Of a DNA stretch of 64,000 nucleotides, positions 16,257 through 23,916 are shown one piece after another. The notes under the pieces are model-generated. The model had not been told where the DNA came from and searched no databases. It saw only the letters and a program-made list of their open reading frames with translations. Source of the stretch: a virus (taxonomy: Duplodnaviria > Caudoviricetes). The stretch is from positions 64,001 through 128,000 of the IMG/VR virus record IMGVR_UViG_3300034126_000020; one strand, 5' to 3'. Each line of letters opens with the position of its first letter. The stretch's first letter is position 1. A program made the position numbers and the translations under genes.

Positions 16257-17048
16257 TCAGCGGTAGGTGATGGACTTGTCGTCCAGATACTTGATGAACG
16301 CCTCGAAGGTATGTTTGAACTCGATGACCGACTCGTGGTTGTCGAGCATGTCTTGGAGCGGACCCGTGCGGAACTCCTCCAAGATGTTGAACACCTCGGA
16401 CATGTCGTAGAGCTTGGCTTCATCTGGAATGATGCCGGACGCAGTTGGAACACGGCGGTCGCCATAGCAACCAACGATAATCGCTGGTCCTTCCCAACCC
16501 ATGTCGATCCACGACAGGTCGGTGTACAGCTTGATGCATGGCAGGTAACATTCGCCCGCCTTGACAAACTGGTACGGCTGACCTTTCTTGATCAACTTAC
16601 TCGCCCACCCAATCTGCTGCATGACATCTTTCATGTAACCGACAAGCTGGTCGCATTTGTCGATGTCTTCAATCCATACACCCGGCGCCTCAATGTCTTC
16701 TGGAGACCGTGGGTAGAACTCGGCAGGGATGGGGAGGTAGTCCATGTGTAAGTGGAAGTTATCCGGCATACAAGTCAACACTTCAATGTGTCGACCATTG
16801 CCACCTACTGGCGAGAAGTGTCCGCTACGGAAGTTAACATAGCTGAACAACTTGCCACGGATCAGGACAGCGTCCTTTCGATTGTTGGCCCGGATGCACG
16901 CCATGATCGCATCGTTATCGAAAGGCGCCACCTTCGGTACTTCTTTTGCCAGTTCAACCAACGCTGCTTGGACATCGTTGGAGGTGGGTTTCTCAAGAAA
17001 GAAGCAATTGCGCAATGCAGTCAGCTGGTCAGCGAGCCAGTTACTCAT
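16257..17048 (-). CDS. hypothetical protein (first gene after a putative early promoter)
   Basis: 263 aa, AGGA RBS. Confidence 0.7.
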   Translation of the reverse strand: MSNWLADQLTALRNCFFLEKPTSNDVQAALVELAKEVPKVAPFDNDAIMACIRANNRKDAVLIRGKLFSYVNFRSGHFSPVGGNGRHIEVLTCMPDNFHLHMDYLPIPAEFYPRSPEDIEAPGVWIEDIDKCDQLVGYMKDVMQQIGWASKLIKKGQPYQFVKAGECYLPCIKLYTDLSWIDMGWEGPAIIVGCYGDRRVPTASGIIPDEAKLYDMSEVFNILEEFRTGPLQDMLDNHESVIEFKHTFEAFIKYLDDKSITYR

Positions 17049-17072
17049 GGTGTTTCCTAATGGTTAGAGATT

Positions 17073-17108
17073 CACCGCAATAATGTATTGCTGTAAATAA
17101 GTTGATTA
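17073..17108 (-). promoter_or_regulatory. putative early (virion RNAP) promoter
   Basis: minus TAATCAA-N14-TACATTATTGCGGTG; 16/18 identical to 63870-63887. Confidence 0.55.
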
Positions 17109-17384
17109 GCGTCGGGTGTCGTGAACCTTATCCAACGAGATGATCTCGCTCACCCCGTAAGTTTCAAACCGACGATGTAGGTGCAGGTAACGCTCAGTGA
17201 CCTCCTTCTGTTGAGTGAAGCGTCCATAGACCGGATCGCCTTCGGTGGTGTTCTTCAAGATGTCGTTGTAGTACTTGAGGTCCTCTTCCATCTCATGCAC
17301 CATTTGGCCATTCAATGGATTGCGTAGCATCTCTTCGTGCTGGGCTGGTGTCAGTGGACCAGTCTCTTCCGGATCGTTGCTCAT
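17106..17384 (-). CDS. hypothetical protein
   Basis: 92 aa, ATGA overlap. Confidence 0.6.
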   Translation of the reverse strand: MSNDPEETGPLTPAQHEEMLRNPLNGQMVHEMEEDLKYYNDILKNTTEGDPVYGRFTQQKEVTERYLHLHRRFETYGVSEIISLDKVHDTRR

Positions 17385-17845
17385 GATGGTTTCCTCTGTT
17401 TGAAGATCTCACGGCGCTCAGCCTTAGCCAAATCGTTGGAGATTTCTTTGCCGACGTTCAAAAAAGTAAAGGCCATGACACCTTCGAAGAACCACGGTCC
17501 TTCCCACTGACTCTTGTCAGTGATGTTCAGACGGAGCATGGTTTCACGGAGGACTGTCTGAAGACGGTCTTGATAACCCTTGAGGAATGGCGAATCTTCG
17601 GTGATCCCTTCAGGGAATGCATTTTCAAACACCAGCGACATGTTGGGCGACTCTACCTTCAAGTCACGAGTCTGTACGTGCAGGATGTGTGCATTCGGGA
17701 CTTCTGTCTTCACTGAGTAGAAGTGCAGAGATCCATCTGTCTCCTTCCCAACCAGAACCGGATCAAAGCCACGGTAGTTGAGAAGCTTCTCGTCAGAGTA
17801 GTCTGGTTCCTTACCGAACGCTACGATAGTGATGTTGAAAGCCAT
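17381..17845 (-). CDS. hypothetical protein
   Basis: 154 aa, AGGAGG RBS. Confidence 0.65.
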   Translation of the reverse strand: MAFNITIVAFGKEPDYSDEKLLNYRGFDPVLVGKETDGSLHFYSVKTEVPNAHILHVQTRDLKVESPNMSLVFENAFPEGITEDSPFLKGYQDRLQTVLRETMLRLNITDKSQWEGPWFFEGVMAFTFLNVGKEISNDLAKAERREIFKQRKPS

Positions 17846-17857
17846 ACAGCCTCCTAT

Positions 17858-17889
17858 CGGGATATAAGCCCCGGGGCGAACCCCGGAGC
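17858..17889 (-). terminator. terminator
   Basis: CCGGGG-TTCG-CCCCGG then GGCTTATATCCCG. Confidence 0.7.
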
Positions 17890-17898
17890 ATTAGGTGT

Positions 17899-18204
17899 TT
17901 ACGGGTACGTCACGACGGTGTGGAAGAAGCGCTCATCAAAGTCGTCTTGTTTAGCGGTAGTGAGCATTTGACGGATGTCACGCGGAGTAACGATCCGATT
18001 AGTGTCGATACCAGCACACGCTTGCTCCTGAGTGGCCACGACATACTGGCCATTCAACTGATACGCCAACTCACCCATGGTGTCGAGCGGCTCAGGTGCT
18101 GAAGCAATAATGAGATCAGGGATGTTCGCGAGGGCAGGACCTGCCACTACAACACCGGCACCCAACCCCAACAGACCTAAGAACTTACGGCGCGTGGGCT
18201 GCAT
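17899..18204 (-). CDS. twin-arginine (Tat) signal-bearing small protein
   Basis: MQPTRRKFLGLLGLGAGVVVAGPALA: T-R-R-x-F-L + h-region + AxA. Confidence 0.75.
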   Translation of the reverse strand: MQPTRRKFLGLLGLGAGVVVAGPALANIPDLIIASAPEPLDTMGELAYQLNGQYVVATQEQACAGIDTNRIVTPRDIRQMLTTAKQDDFDERFFHTVVTYP

Positions 18205-18496
18205 GGACTACTCCTGCTGGTGGCATCGGATGAAGCTGGAGCATCTCTTTGGTGCACCAGTGCGGGTTCTTGCGCGCAGCGGCCATGGCGCTCTGGTAGT
18301 TGCTGTTCTCAATGGACTCGTAGACCCCTTCGCGCATGCGCTTCACGAGGTCCTCTTGAACGTTGAGACGGTAAGCTTCTGCCAGTGCTTCCACGTCGAT
18401 CTTTGGTTCCGGTACGAACGCCAGTACTGGGGCTGCAATAGCCGCCCCTGCACCAATGGTCAGTAACCGGAGAAACTCACGCCGGTTCGGTTTCAT
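18185..18496 (-). CDS. twin-arginine (Tat) signal-bearing small protein
   Basis: MKPNRREFLRLLTIGAGAAIAAPVLA; start re-set to 18496 (GGGGA RBS). Confidence 0.75.
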   Translation of the reverse strand: MKPNRREFLRLLTIGAGAAIAAPVLAFVPEPKIDVEALAEAYRLNVQEDLVKRMREGVYESIENSNYQSAMAAARKNPHWCTKEMLQLHPMPPAGVVHAAHAP

Positions 18497-18818
18497 CGAG
18501 CGGTTCCCCATCATGGAAAGCTTCTTCTTCGGCTACCGGATGTTCTTCGGTGGCTTTGGATTCTTCTTGCTGCTTACGCACCGCTTGTTCGGTGAAGTAA
18601 ACCGCCGCTTCATGTGCCCCCAATTTGGTCAGCAGGTTGCGTTCTGCGTCCTTCGGGTCTTTCTTGGCCAGGTTCAGGGAGATGAGTTCTTTCATCCCTG
18701 CTTTGCTCGGCAGATCACCATCGGTCTGTGGACCTTTGTTGAACAGCTTAGTGAATACTTCCAGAGCGGCATCGCTCATGGTGTACGCACGAACCTGGTT
18801 AATGTTCTTCTCAGCCAT
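18477..18818 (-). CDS. hypothetical protein, possible winged-helix
   Basis: start MAEKNINQ; ALEVFTKLFNKGPQTDGDLPSKAGMKELISLNLA…LLTKLG is wHTH-like. Confidence 0.55.
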   Translation of the reverse strand: MAEKNINQVRAYTMSDAALEVFTKLFNKGPQTDGDLPSKAGMKELISLNLAKKDPKDAERNLLTKLGAHEAAVYFTEQAVRKQQEESKATEEHPVAEEEAFHDGEPLDETEPA

Positions 18819-19536
18819 CGGATGTACCCTTTTCTTTAGCGTATTCTTGAAGCCGTACAAGGTAACGGGGAGCGTAGATGTCCCAGATAGCACGACCGGT
18901 TTCTGTGAAGAGTTCTGCGGACTCCATGAACTTGGATTGTCCGACCAGCATCTCCTCATAGGTCACGTCGCGTTTGGCCGCTACCTGTATCTCAGCACGG
19001 AGGTCTTCCATGACGAGAGTAGGGTCGAGGCTCACGGTGGCATAGAGGACATCGCAGTCCCGCATGACCATCTCCAGCTTGTTGCGTGGAGGGATCACAA
19101 ACGGAAACTCGGTGCACTCAATGGCACTGTCAATGACTTCAACGACGCGACTTGGCAAACTATAACCGTTGCGCGCAATTAAGTCCGAGACGAACTCCCG
19201 GGTACTCAGGACATTGTAGTGGTCGTTGTCCTTGCCAGCCGAATGACCGTAGTCATGCAGCAGGGTGACGAACATCAACGCCACAAACGCCCAATCACCG
19301 CCCAGGCCGAGGTCTTCACCTTCAGCCTCCCACATGACTTGGCCAATGTCCCAAACGCCCTTCATGTGCCGGTTGTTGTGGTAAGGTACCTCTGCCGATG
19401 GATTGCGTTTCAGAACATCCAGCAGCTTACCTTCTAAGCGAGACATGAAGTGGTTCAGGGCAGGCATCTTGACGACTACCTGTTCGTGCTGACGCATGCT
19501 CGCAAGGATGGTCTCAAGCGGAAACGTGGCTTTCAT
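18811..19536 (-). CDS. HD-superfamily metal-dependent phosphohydrolase
   Basis: PYHNNRH…LLHDYGHSAG…AIECTEFP…MRDCD. Confidence 0.8.
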   Translation of the reverse strand: MKATFPLETILASMRQHEQVVVKMPALNHFMSRLEGKLLDVLKRNPSAEVPYHNNRHMKGVWDIGQVMWEAEGEDLGLGGDWAFVALMFVTLLHDYGHSAGKDNDHYNVLSTREFVSDLIARNGYSLPSRVVEVIDSAIECTEFPFVIPPRNKLEMVMRDCDVLYATVSLDPTLVMEDLRAEIQVAAKRDVTYEEMLVGQSKFMESAELFTETGRAIWDIYAPRYLVRLQEYAKEKGTSDG

Positions 19537-19754
19537 TAGAACCTCTTCATCTTTCCATCGCGTCCGCGTTGATAGAAAGGCTGCACACGAAGCTTCTTGT
19601 TCGTACGCTCGCCTTGGTCGTTAGGGTGGTCACCATGGAACCGATCATCGCAGCACGGATCAGGACCTAAGTCCATCTCTCCGTAAAGCTCAAGGAGTCT
19701 ATCCGTGCTGTGAGACTTACCGCGCAAGTGACCGATATGGATGTCAGAGAACAT
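19536..19754 (-). CDS. hypothetical protein
   Basis: start re-set to MFSDIHIG after GGAGCGG RBS. Confidence 0.5.
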   Translation of the reverse strand: MFSDIHIGHLRGKSHSTDRLLELYGEMDLGPDPCCDDRFHGDHPNDQGERTNKKLRVQPFYQRGRDGKMKRF

Positions 19755-19765
19755 GTACCCGCTCC

Positions 19766-20254
19766 TTAACCGTTGCTGTAGATGACCCGCTCTACCCCGA
19801 TTGCCTTCAACTGCTCGAACCAGATGCGGTAAGCAGGTTGGAGGTGCTCGGTCCACGTGACCTTCTTGTCACCGTAACCGGTGTTGACGAGTTCTTTGTC
19901 GAAGTCGTAAGCCAGGATCTCATCGACCATCGCCCAGCTGATGCTGTTCTGGTACTCGTGTTCAAAGATCTCCTTGATCTCGTCATCGGCGTCGTCTGGA
20001 AGACCCCGCTTAGCCCACGGAGCGTACTCATCCGGTTCATTGTATTCGTTCGGCGATTGGAAGTCCTGACGAATGGAGTGCAACGCACCAGAGCTCTCCA
20101 AGTTAATGCCCATCGACTTGTCGATGTCGTCCATCATGTCCATCTTGCCGTACGAGTGAGGGATCTCGGGATTGTATCCGAGCCCCTCAGGCAAAATGAT
20201 AAACCACTTGTCACCGATCTTGCGCTGACATACAACCGTTGTGTACGTGCCCAT
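19766..20254 (-). CDS. hypothetical phage protein
   Basis: 162 aa; RGLPDDA…SISWAMVDEILAYDF resembles a common phage family. Confidence 0.65.
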   Translation of the reverse strand: MGTYTTVVCQRKIGDKWFIILPEGLGYNPEIPHSYGKMDMMDDIDKSMGINLESSGALHSIRQDFQSPNEYNEPDEYAPWAKRGLPDDADDEIKEIFEHEYQNSISWAMVDEILAYDFDKELVNTGYGDKKVTWTEHLQPAYRIWFEQLKAIGVERVIYSNG

Positions 20255-20763
20255 CAGTTCGCTCCTTCAGGTGCCGGAGGTACGTAAAACGGATTGCGCT
20301 CACGACTCACCTGGCCATCACGGGCGACCTGAATGTACTGGGCGTCTTCGATCTTCTCAGGAACCGGTTCACGGAACCAGCCTTCCTTGAGCGCAGCGAG
20401 CATTGCATCGATGCCTTTGACCTGCTGCGACCAGAGTGTGCCGCGTTCGCGACGCCAGAGCACGATGCTGAAGTGCTTGTCGAAGGTATCGAGATCAACT
20501 TCGAACTCTTGGTAAATCAGACGAGGGCCTCTGTAGTCCTTGTACGGTCCGTCAGGCACATGGAGGAAGATGTCCTGAAGATGATTGTCACGGTTGTAAT
20601 CGGTGAAGAGGACGTGAGCCACACCGTCTACGGTGACAGGGACCGGAGTACGGGCATCGTCGTCTATCCGTGACAACCGAGGCGTAACGATCAACCGAAA
20701 CCCTTCGTGAAAGCACATAAAGCGATGACGGTCTTCATCAAGTATCGAACGAAGTTTCAACAT
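20254..20763 (-). CDS. hypothetical protein
   Basis: start likely MLKLRSIL, directly after the 20765 stop. Confidence 0.65.
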   Translation of the reverse strand: MLKLRSILDEDRHRFMCFHEGFRLIVTPRLSRIDDDARTPVPVTVDGVAHVLFTDYNRDNHLQDIFLHVPDGPYKDYRGPRLIYQEFEVDLDTFDKHFSIVLWRRERGTLWSQQVKGIDAMLAALKEGWFREPVPEKIEDAQYIQVARDGQVSRERNPFYVPPAPEGAN

Positions 20764-20764
20764 G

Positions 20765-20971
20765 TTACTTCTCCTCAGGAATGGGCTCTTCACATTTCTT
20801 CATGGTCAGGTTGTAGAGGTCTTCAGCAGCCTCAACAATTTCACGACGACCACGTTCACCGCCAGAACCGATGTCCTGACCCCGACCACTCAAGCGAGCG
20901 TTCAGAATGAACTGCAACATGAAGTCGCGTTTAGAGGGGTTAATCAGGGTCTGAGTGGTTTGAGCTTTCAT
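20765..20971 (-). CDS. hypothetical protein
   Basis: 68 aa, GGAAG RBS. Confidence 0.55.
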   Translation of the reverse strand: MKAQTTQTLINPSKRDFMLQFILNARLSGRGQDIGSGGERGRREIVEAAEDLYNLTMKKCEEPIPEEK

Positions 20972-20980
20972 GAATCTTCC

Positions 20981-21124
20981 TTAATGAAGCTTGCCGGCCT
21001 TCTTGAGCTGGATAGCCGTAATCTGGTCTTTAGCTTTTTCGATGTCAGGGAGGATAGACCGACTGTCCTCCCTCCACCGTGCCCACCGCTCTTCAGCAGT
21101 GGGCGGCTTCTTTGCCGTGGCCAT
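20981..21124 (-). CDS. small basic protein, 47 aa (absent from ORF track)
   Basis: read by hand: MATAKKPPTAEERWARWREDSRSILPDIEKAKDQITAIQLKKAGKLH; TAATG coupling; fills the gap exactly. Confidence 0.6.
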   Translation of the reverse strand: MATAKKPPTAEERWARWREDSRSILPDIEKAKDQITAIQLKKAGKLH

Positions 21125-21777
21125 TAGCCCTTCATGAACTTGTCACGACGAGGCAGGATGTCGTTCGACGGTTTGATACCGGTAGGGTTCTCCGTGTAGC
21201 CTTCAAACCAAGGGCCGTTGTTGGGCATGGACAGACGCACGAACTGACGCTTGGTGGTTTCTTCCACCGGCAACGATTCGTGAATGCACGCACCGTCTAC
21301 CCAGTAGACATCACCAGCACCGAAGATAATGGACCCACAGGCACTGAGGTCCATCTGATCCGCTTCACCTTCGCTACCGATCTCACCACGGGCAACACCC
21401 AGCCACGCCTTGCAGTGAGCAGTGCTGGAAACCGTCAGCATGCCATTACCAACACTGCCCCAACCGCCACCGCCACCCCATGCACCACAACGACCCTGGT
21501 AGTAGCCGTCAACGTGCAGACCAGAACGACGCAGTGTCTCACCCGGTTGCAGCTCACGCTCGTCGATGGTCAGGTAACCGATATCGCCCATGAAGCGCGA
21601 TTCAACCATGCCGAACAGGTCGTAGACGAGGTCCATGTACTGGACAGGCACACCGTCAAGGCAACCGAGCTTGACCGGCATCATCATGACGCGCAGGCCA
21701 GTGAAGTCTGGGAACGGCATTGGGGAGTGGTTCCACACCTTGCGGAACGTGGACAGAACTTCAGACGATTGGGGCAT
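21124..21777 (-). CDS. putative 2OG-Fe(II) dioxygenase
   Basis: GLHVDG (HxD)…CIHESLP (distal H)…RQFVRL (R); start re-set to MPQSSE (GGAG RBS). Confidence 0.65.
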   Translation of the reverse strand: MPQSSEVLSTFRKVWNHSPMPFPDFTGLRVMMMPVKLGCLDGVPVQYMDLVYDLFGMVESRFMGDIGYLTIDERELQPGETLRRSGLHVDGYYQGRCGAWGGGGGWGSVGNGMLTVSSTAHCKAWLGVARGEIGSEGEADQMDLSACGSIIFGAGDVYWVDGACIHESLPVEETTKRQFVRLSMPNNGPWFEGYTENPTGIKPSNDILPRRDKFMKG

Positions 21778-22234
21778 AGTGAAACTCCGGTGGTTTGCAG
21801 TTATAGGTCGTGGCGTTTTCGGATTCAACACCGAACTTGACCTTCAGTTCGGCTCCGTTAACGGTGTAAGTGATGCTGTACATGGCAAGGTAGCCAAAGT
21901 CTTTCAGTTGCAGACTGAGGATCTTACCGTCCAGGCCTTTGTGGTGAGAAACATACACCTGCTCAGGATGGACGTTACCTTCCAATTCGAGGTAACGCTG
22001 ACCCACGGGGTTGGTGACGATCACCGTTCTATCCGGGAGTTCACCCAACGGGACACCGTAGGACGTTTCAATGACGCGCTCGAACTTCGCAGCTTCGTCG
22101 ATAGCCGCTTGAGCAACCCGACCGTGAAGCCAAAGCTGTACGGCAGTTTTAACAGCGTCATCAGGTCCTGTGAACTTCTCAACTACGTCAGGATTCTCGA
22201 CATTGTCGACTGGATAGAGCATGAAGAAACACAT
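21761..22234 (-). CDS. hypothetical protein
   Basis: 157 aa, AAGGA RBS. Confidence 0.6.
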   Translation of the reverse strand: MCFFMLYPVDNVENPDVVEKFTGPDDAVKTAVQLWLHGRVAQAAIDEAAKFERVIETSYGVPLGELPDRTVIVTNPVGQRYLELEGNVHPEQVYVSHHKGLDGKILSLQLKDFGYLAMYSITYTVNGAELKVKFGVESENATTYNCKPPEFHYAPIV

Positions 22235-22243
22235 GGCGATTCC

Positions 22244-22462
22244 TTACTGGGCAGTGGAGATAGAGCAGTTGTCGTGAGCGCCTTTACCGTCAGTCACGAA
22301 GAAACGTATCCCGTGTTCAAACCCGGAATAGATCTTACAGCCCGGCGTCTCACCCAAGTAGCGCATGTTGGGGGATTTGGCGTCATTGCTGGAACGTGCT
22401 TCTTGAGGACCACAGCTCACTACAGCAAATAGCAGGAGCATCAAGATGGGTACATTCTTCAC
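22244..22462 (-). CDS. putative lipoprotein
   Basis: MKNVPILMLLLFAVVS|C lipobox. Confidence 0.65.
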   Translation of the reverse strand: MKNVPILMLLLFAVVSCGPQEARSSNDAKSPNMRYLGETPGCKIYSGFEHGIRFFVTDGKGAHDNCSISTAQ

Positions 22463-22472
22463 GGCGATTCCT

Positions 22473-22718
22473 TTAACCGATGCGCGAGAGTTTCAGGCGC
22501 TGTGATTTGGACATCTGCAACAGAATGCGGGCCAGTGCCTCACCTTCTTTGTCGCCATTCTGGACGGCGTACTCGATGCAGTGTTCTACGTGGTGGTTGT
22601 CGACATTGAAGTCATCAAGAACGATGTGCAGAGAACCCCAAGCTGGATTGTCCAGCCAGTACTCTCTGAAACGTTCGGCAACTTCAGGAACAGTAATAGT
22701 GGCAGATGGCGCAGTCAT
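22473..22718 (-). CDS. hypothetical protein
   Basis: 81 aa; WGSLHIVLDDFNVDNHHVEHC. Confidence 0.6.
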   Translation of the reverse strand: MTAPSATITVPEVAERFREYWLDNPAWGSLHIVLDDFNVDNHHVEHCIEYAVQNGDKEGEALARILLQMSKSQRLKLSRIG

Positions 22719-22987
22719 AGCTCACCTTGTTGAGCCAGCACGTCCTTGATAACGTTCAGGTGCGTACTGGCAATCTGGATATGGTCAATGCCGCAAGACC
22801 GACCACTCATGATCGCGACAATGGCTGGATATTTCTTAGGCCGACCGTAAACTTCCATCTCCTTCCAGTCGTCAAACTGTTGCTTGATGGCTTTACGCAG
22901 ACCCGCCTGGGTACGCACGATATACATCGAGCCGCCCAGGTGAGTCATGTTCGGCTGCTTACCTTCCTGCAACCGAGGGGTGGACAT
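22715..22987 (-). CDS. hypothetical protein
   Basis: start re-set to MSTPRLQ (AAGGGG RBS). Confidence 0.55.
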   Translation of the reverse strand: MSTPRLQEGKQPNMTHLGGSMYIVRTQAGLRKAIKQQFDDWKEMEVYGRPKKYPAIVAIMSGRSCGIDHIQIASTHLNVIKDVLAQQGEL

Positions 22988-22997
22988 TGATTGCCCC

Positions 22998-23699
22998 TTA
23001 CTGTTCCGAAGTGTGCTCGGACCCAGTGACGATCTGGATCTTGGTGGCACCGGCGCGCGCAGTCATCACGCTTTCACCAACGGTACGGATACCGGCAGCT
23101 TCGTACACACGGATCGCTGTAGCAGCGTCGATGGCCAGGCGAGTCAAGTCGTCGTTCTCGATGACCAAAGCAAGGTCACTCAGCACGATACCTTTCTTCT
23201 CCAGGGTGTCTTTGGCTGTCTTCAGAATCGCGTCTTCGATTTCTGCCGGGTTGGCATCAACCACGTCGAGATCACGGGTCAGCTCAGTCGTCACCTCACG
23301 CAGCATCTTGTCGATGATGATGTTCTCGGCCATCTCGTAACGGCTGCCGACGGTGTCAGCGGAGAGTTCGAGGGAACCGCCCATCTTGCCGAGGTACCGC
23401 GCTTCGCTGATAAACCGGATCGGATCGGTGATCGTGTAGGTGTACGACATCTTGGCCATACTCAAGACCTTCTTGGAGAATTGGGTCTTGAACTGAGTAT
23501 CGCCAGCCATCGGCCAGTTCGGCAGAGCTACGTTGTAGCCACACGGGTTACCGGTGTGCTTGGGCACGGTAGAGGCAACCGCGAGCTTTTCCCAGTTGGC
23601 GCCACAATTGCTGGTCGACAGTACGTGGACGTTGGACGGGGTACGGCTACAGCCAGCAATGGCCAGCATGAGGAGTACAGCTACTACAACATTTTTCAT
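22998..23699 (-). CDS. SPFH/band-7-like lipoprotein
   Basis: MKNVVVAVLLMLAIAG|C lipobox; MSYTYTITDPIRF…LREVTTEL…ILKTAKDTLEKKGIVLSDLAL matches the SPFH pattern. Confidence 0.6.
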   Translation of the reverse strand: MKNVVVAVLLMLAIAGCSRTPSNVHVLSTSNCGANWEKLAVASTVPKHTGNPCGYNVALPNWPMAGDTQFKTQFSKKVLSMAKMSYTYTITDPIRFISEARYLGKMGGSLELSADTVGSRYEMAENIIIDKMLREVTTELTRDLDVVDANPAEIEDAILKTAKDTLEKKGIVLSDLALVIENDDLTRLAIDAATAIRVYEAAGIRTVGESVMTARAGATKIQIVTGSEHTSEQ

Positions 23700-23905
23700 T
23701 TGAAGCTCCAGAGTTTGATGGTGTAAACGACACCGGCGTAAAGTACAACGATTGTCAGGACTGCGTAGAACAGCCACGTTCCCCAACCCAGCGCGAAACT
23801 ATTGCCGGAGTTTTGAAACGCGGTGTATGCCAGTCCAAGGACGACAACCCAGAAGACCACAACAGCAAACCGAATTGCGTTGCGAGCATGGTTGATAGCT
23901 TTCAT
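23696..23905 (-). CDS. two-TM membrane protein
   Basis: two hydrophobic stretches; ATGA overlap with the SPFH gene. Confidence 0.65.
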   Translation of the reverse strand: MKAINHARNAIRFAVVVFWVVVLGLAYTAFQNSGNSFALGWGTWLFYAVLTIVVLYAGVVYTIKLWSFK

Positions 23906-23916
23906 TCCATTTATCC

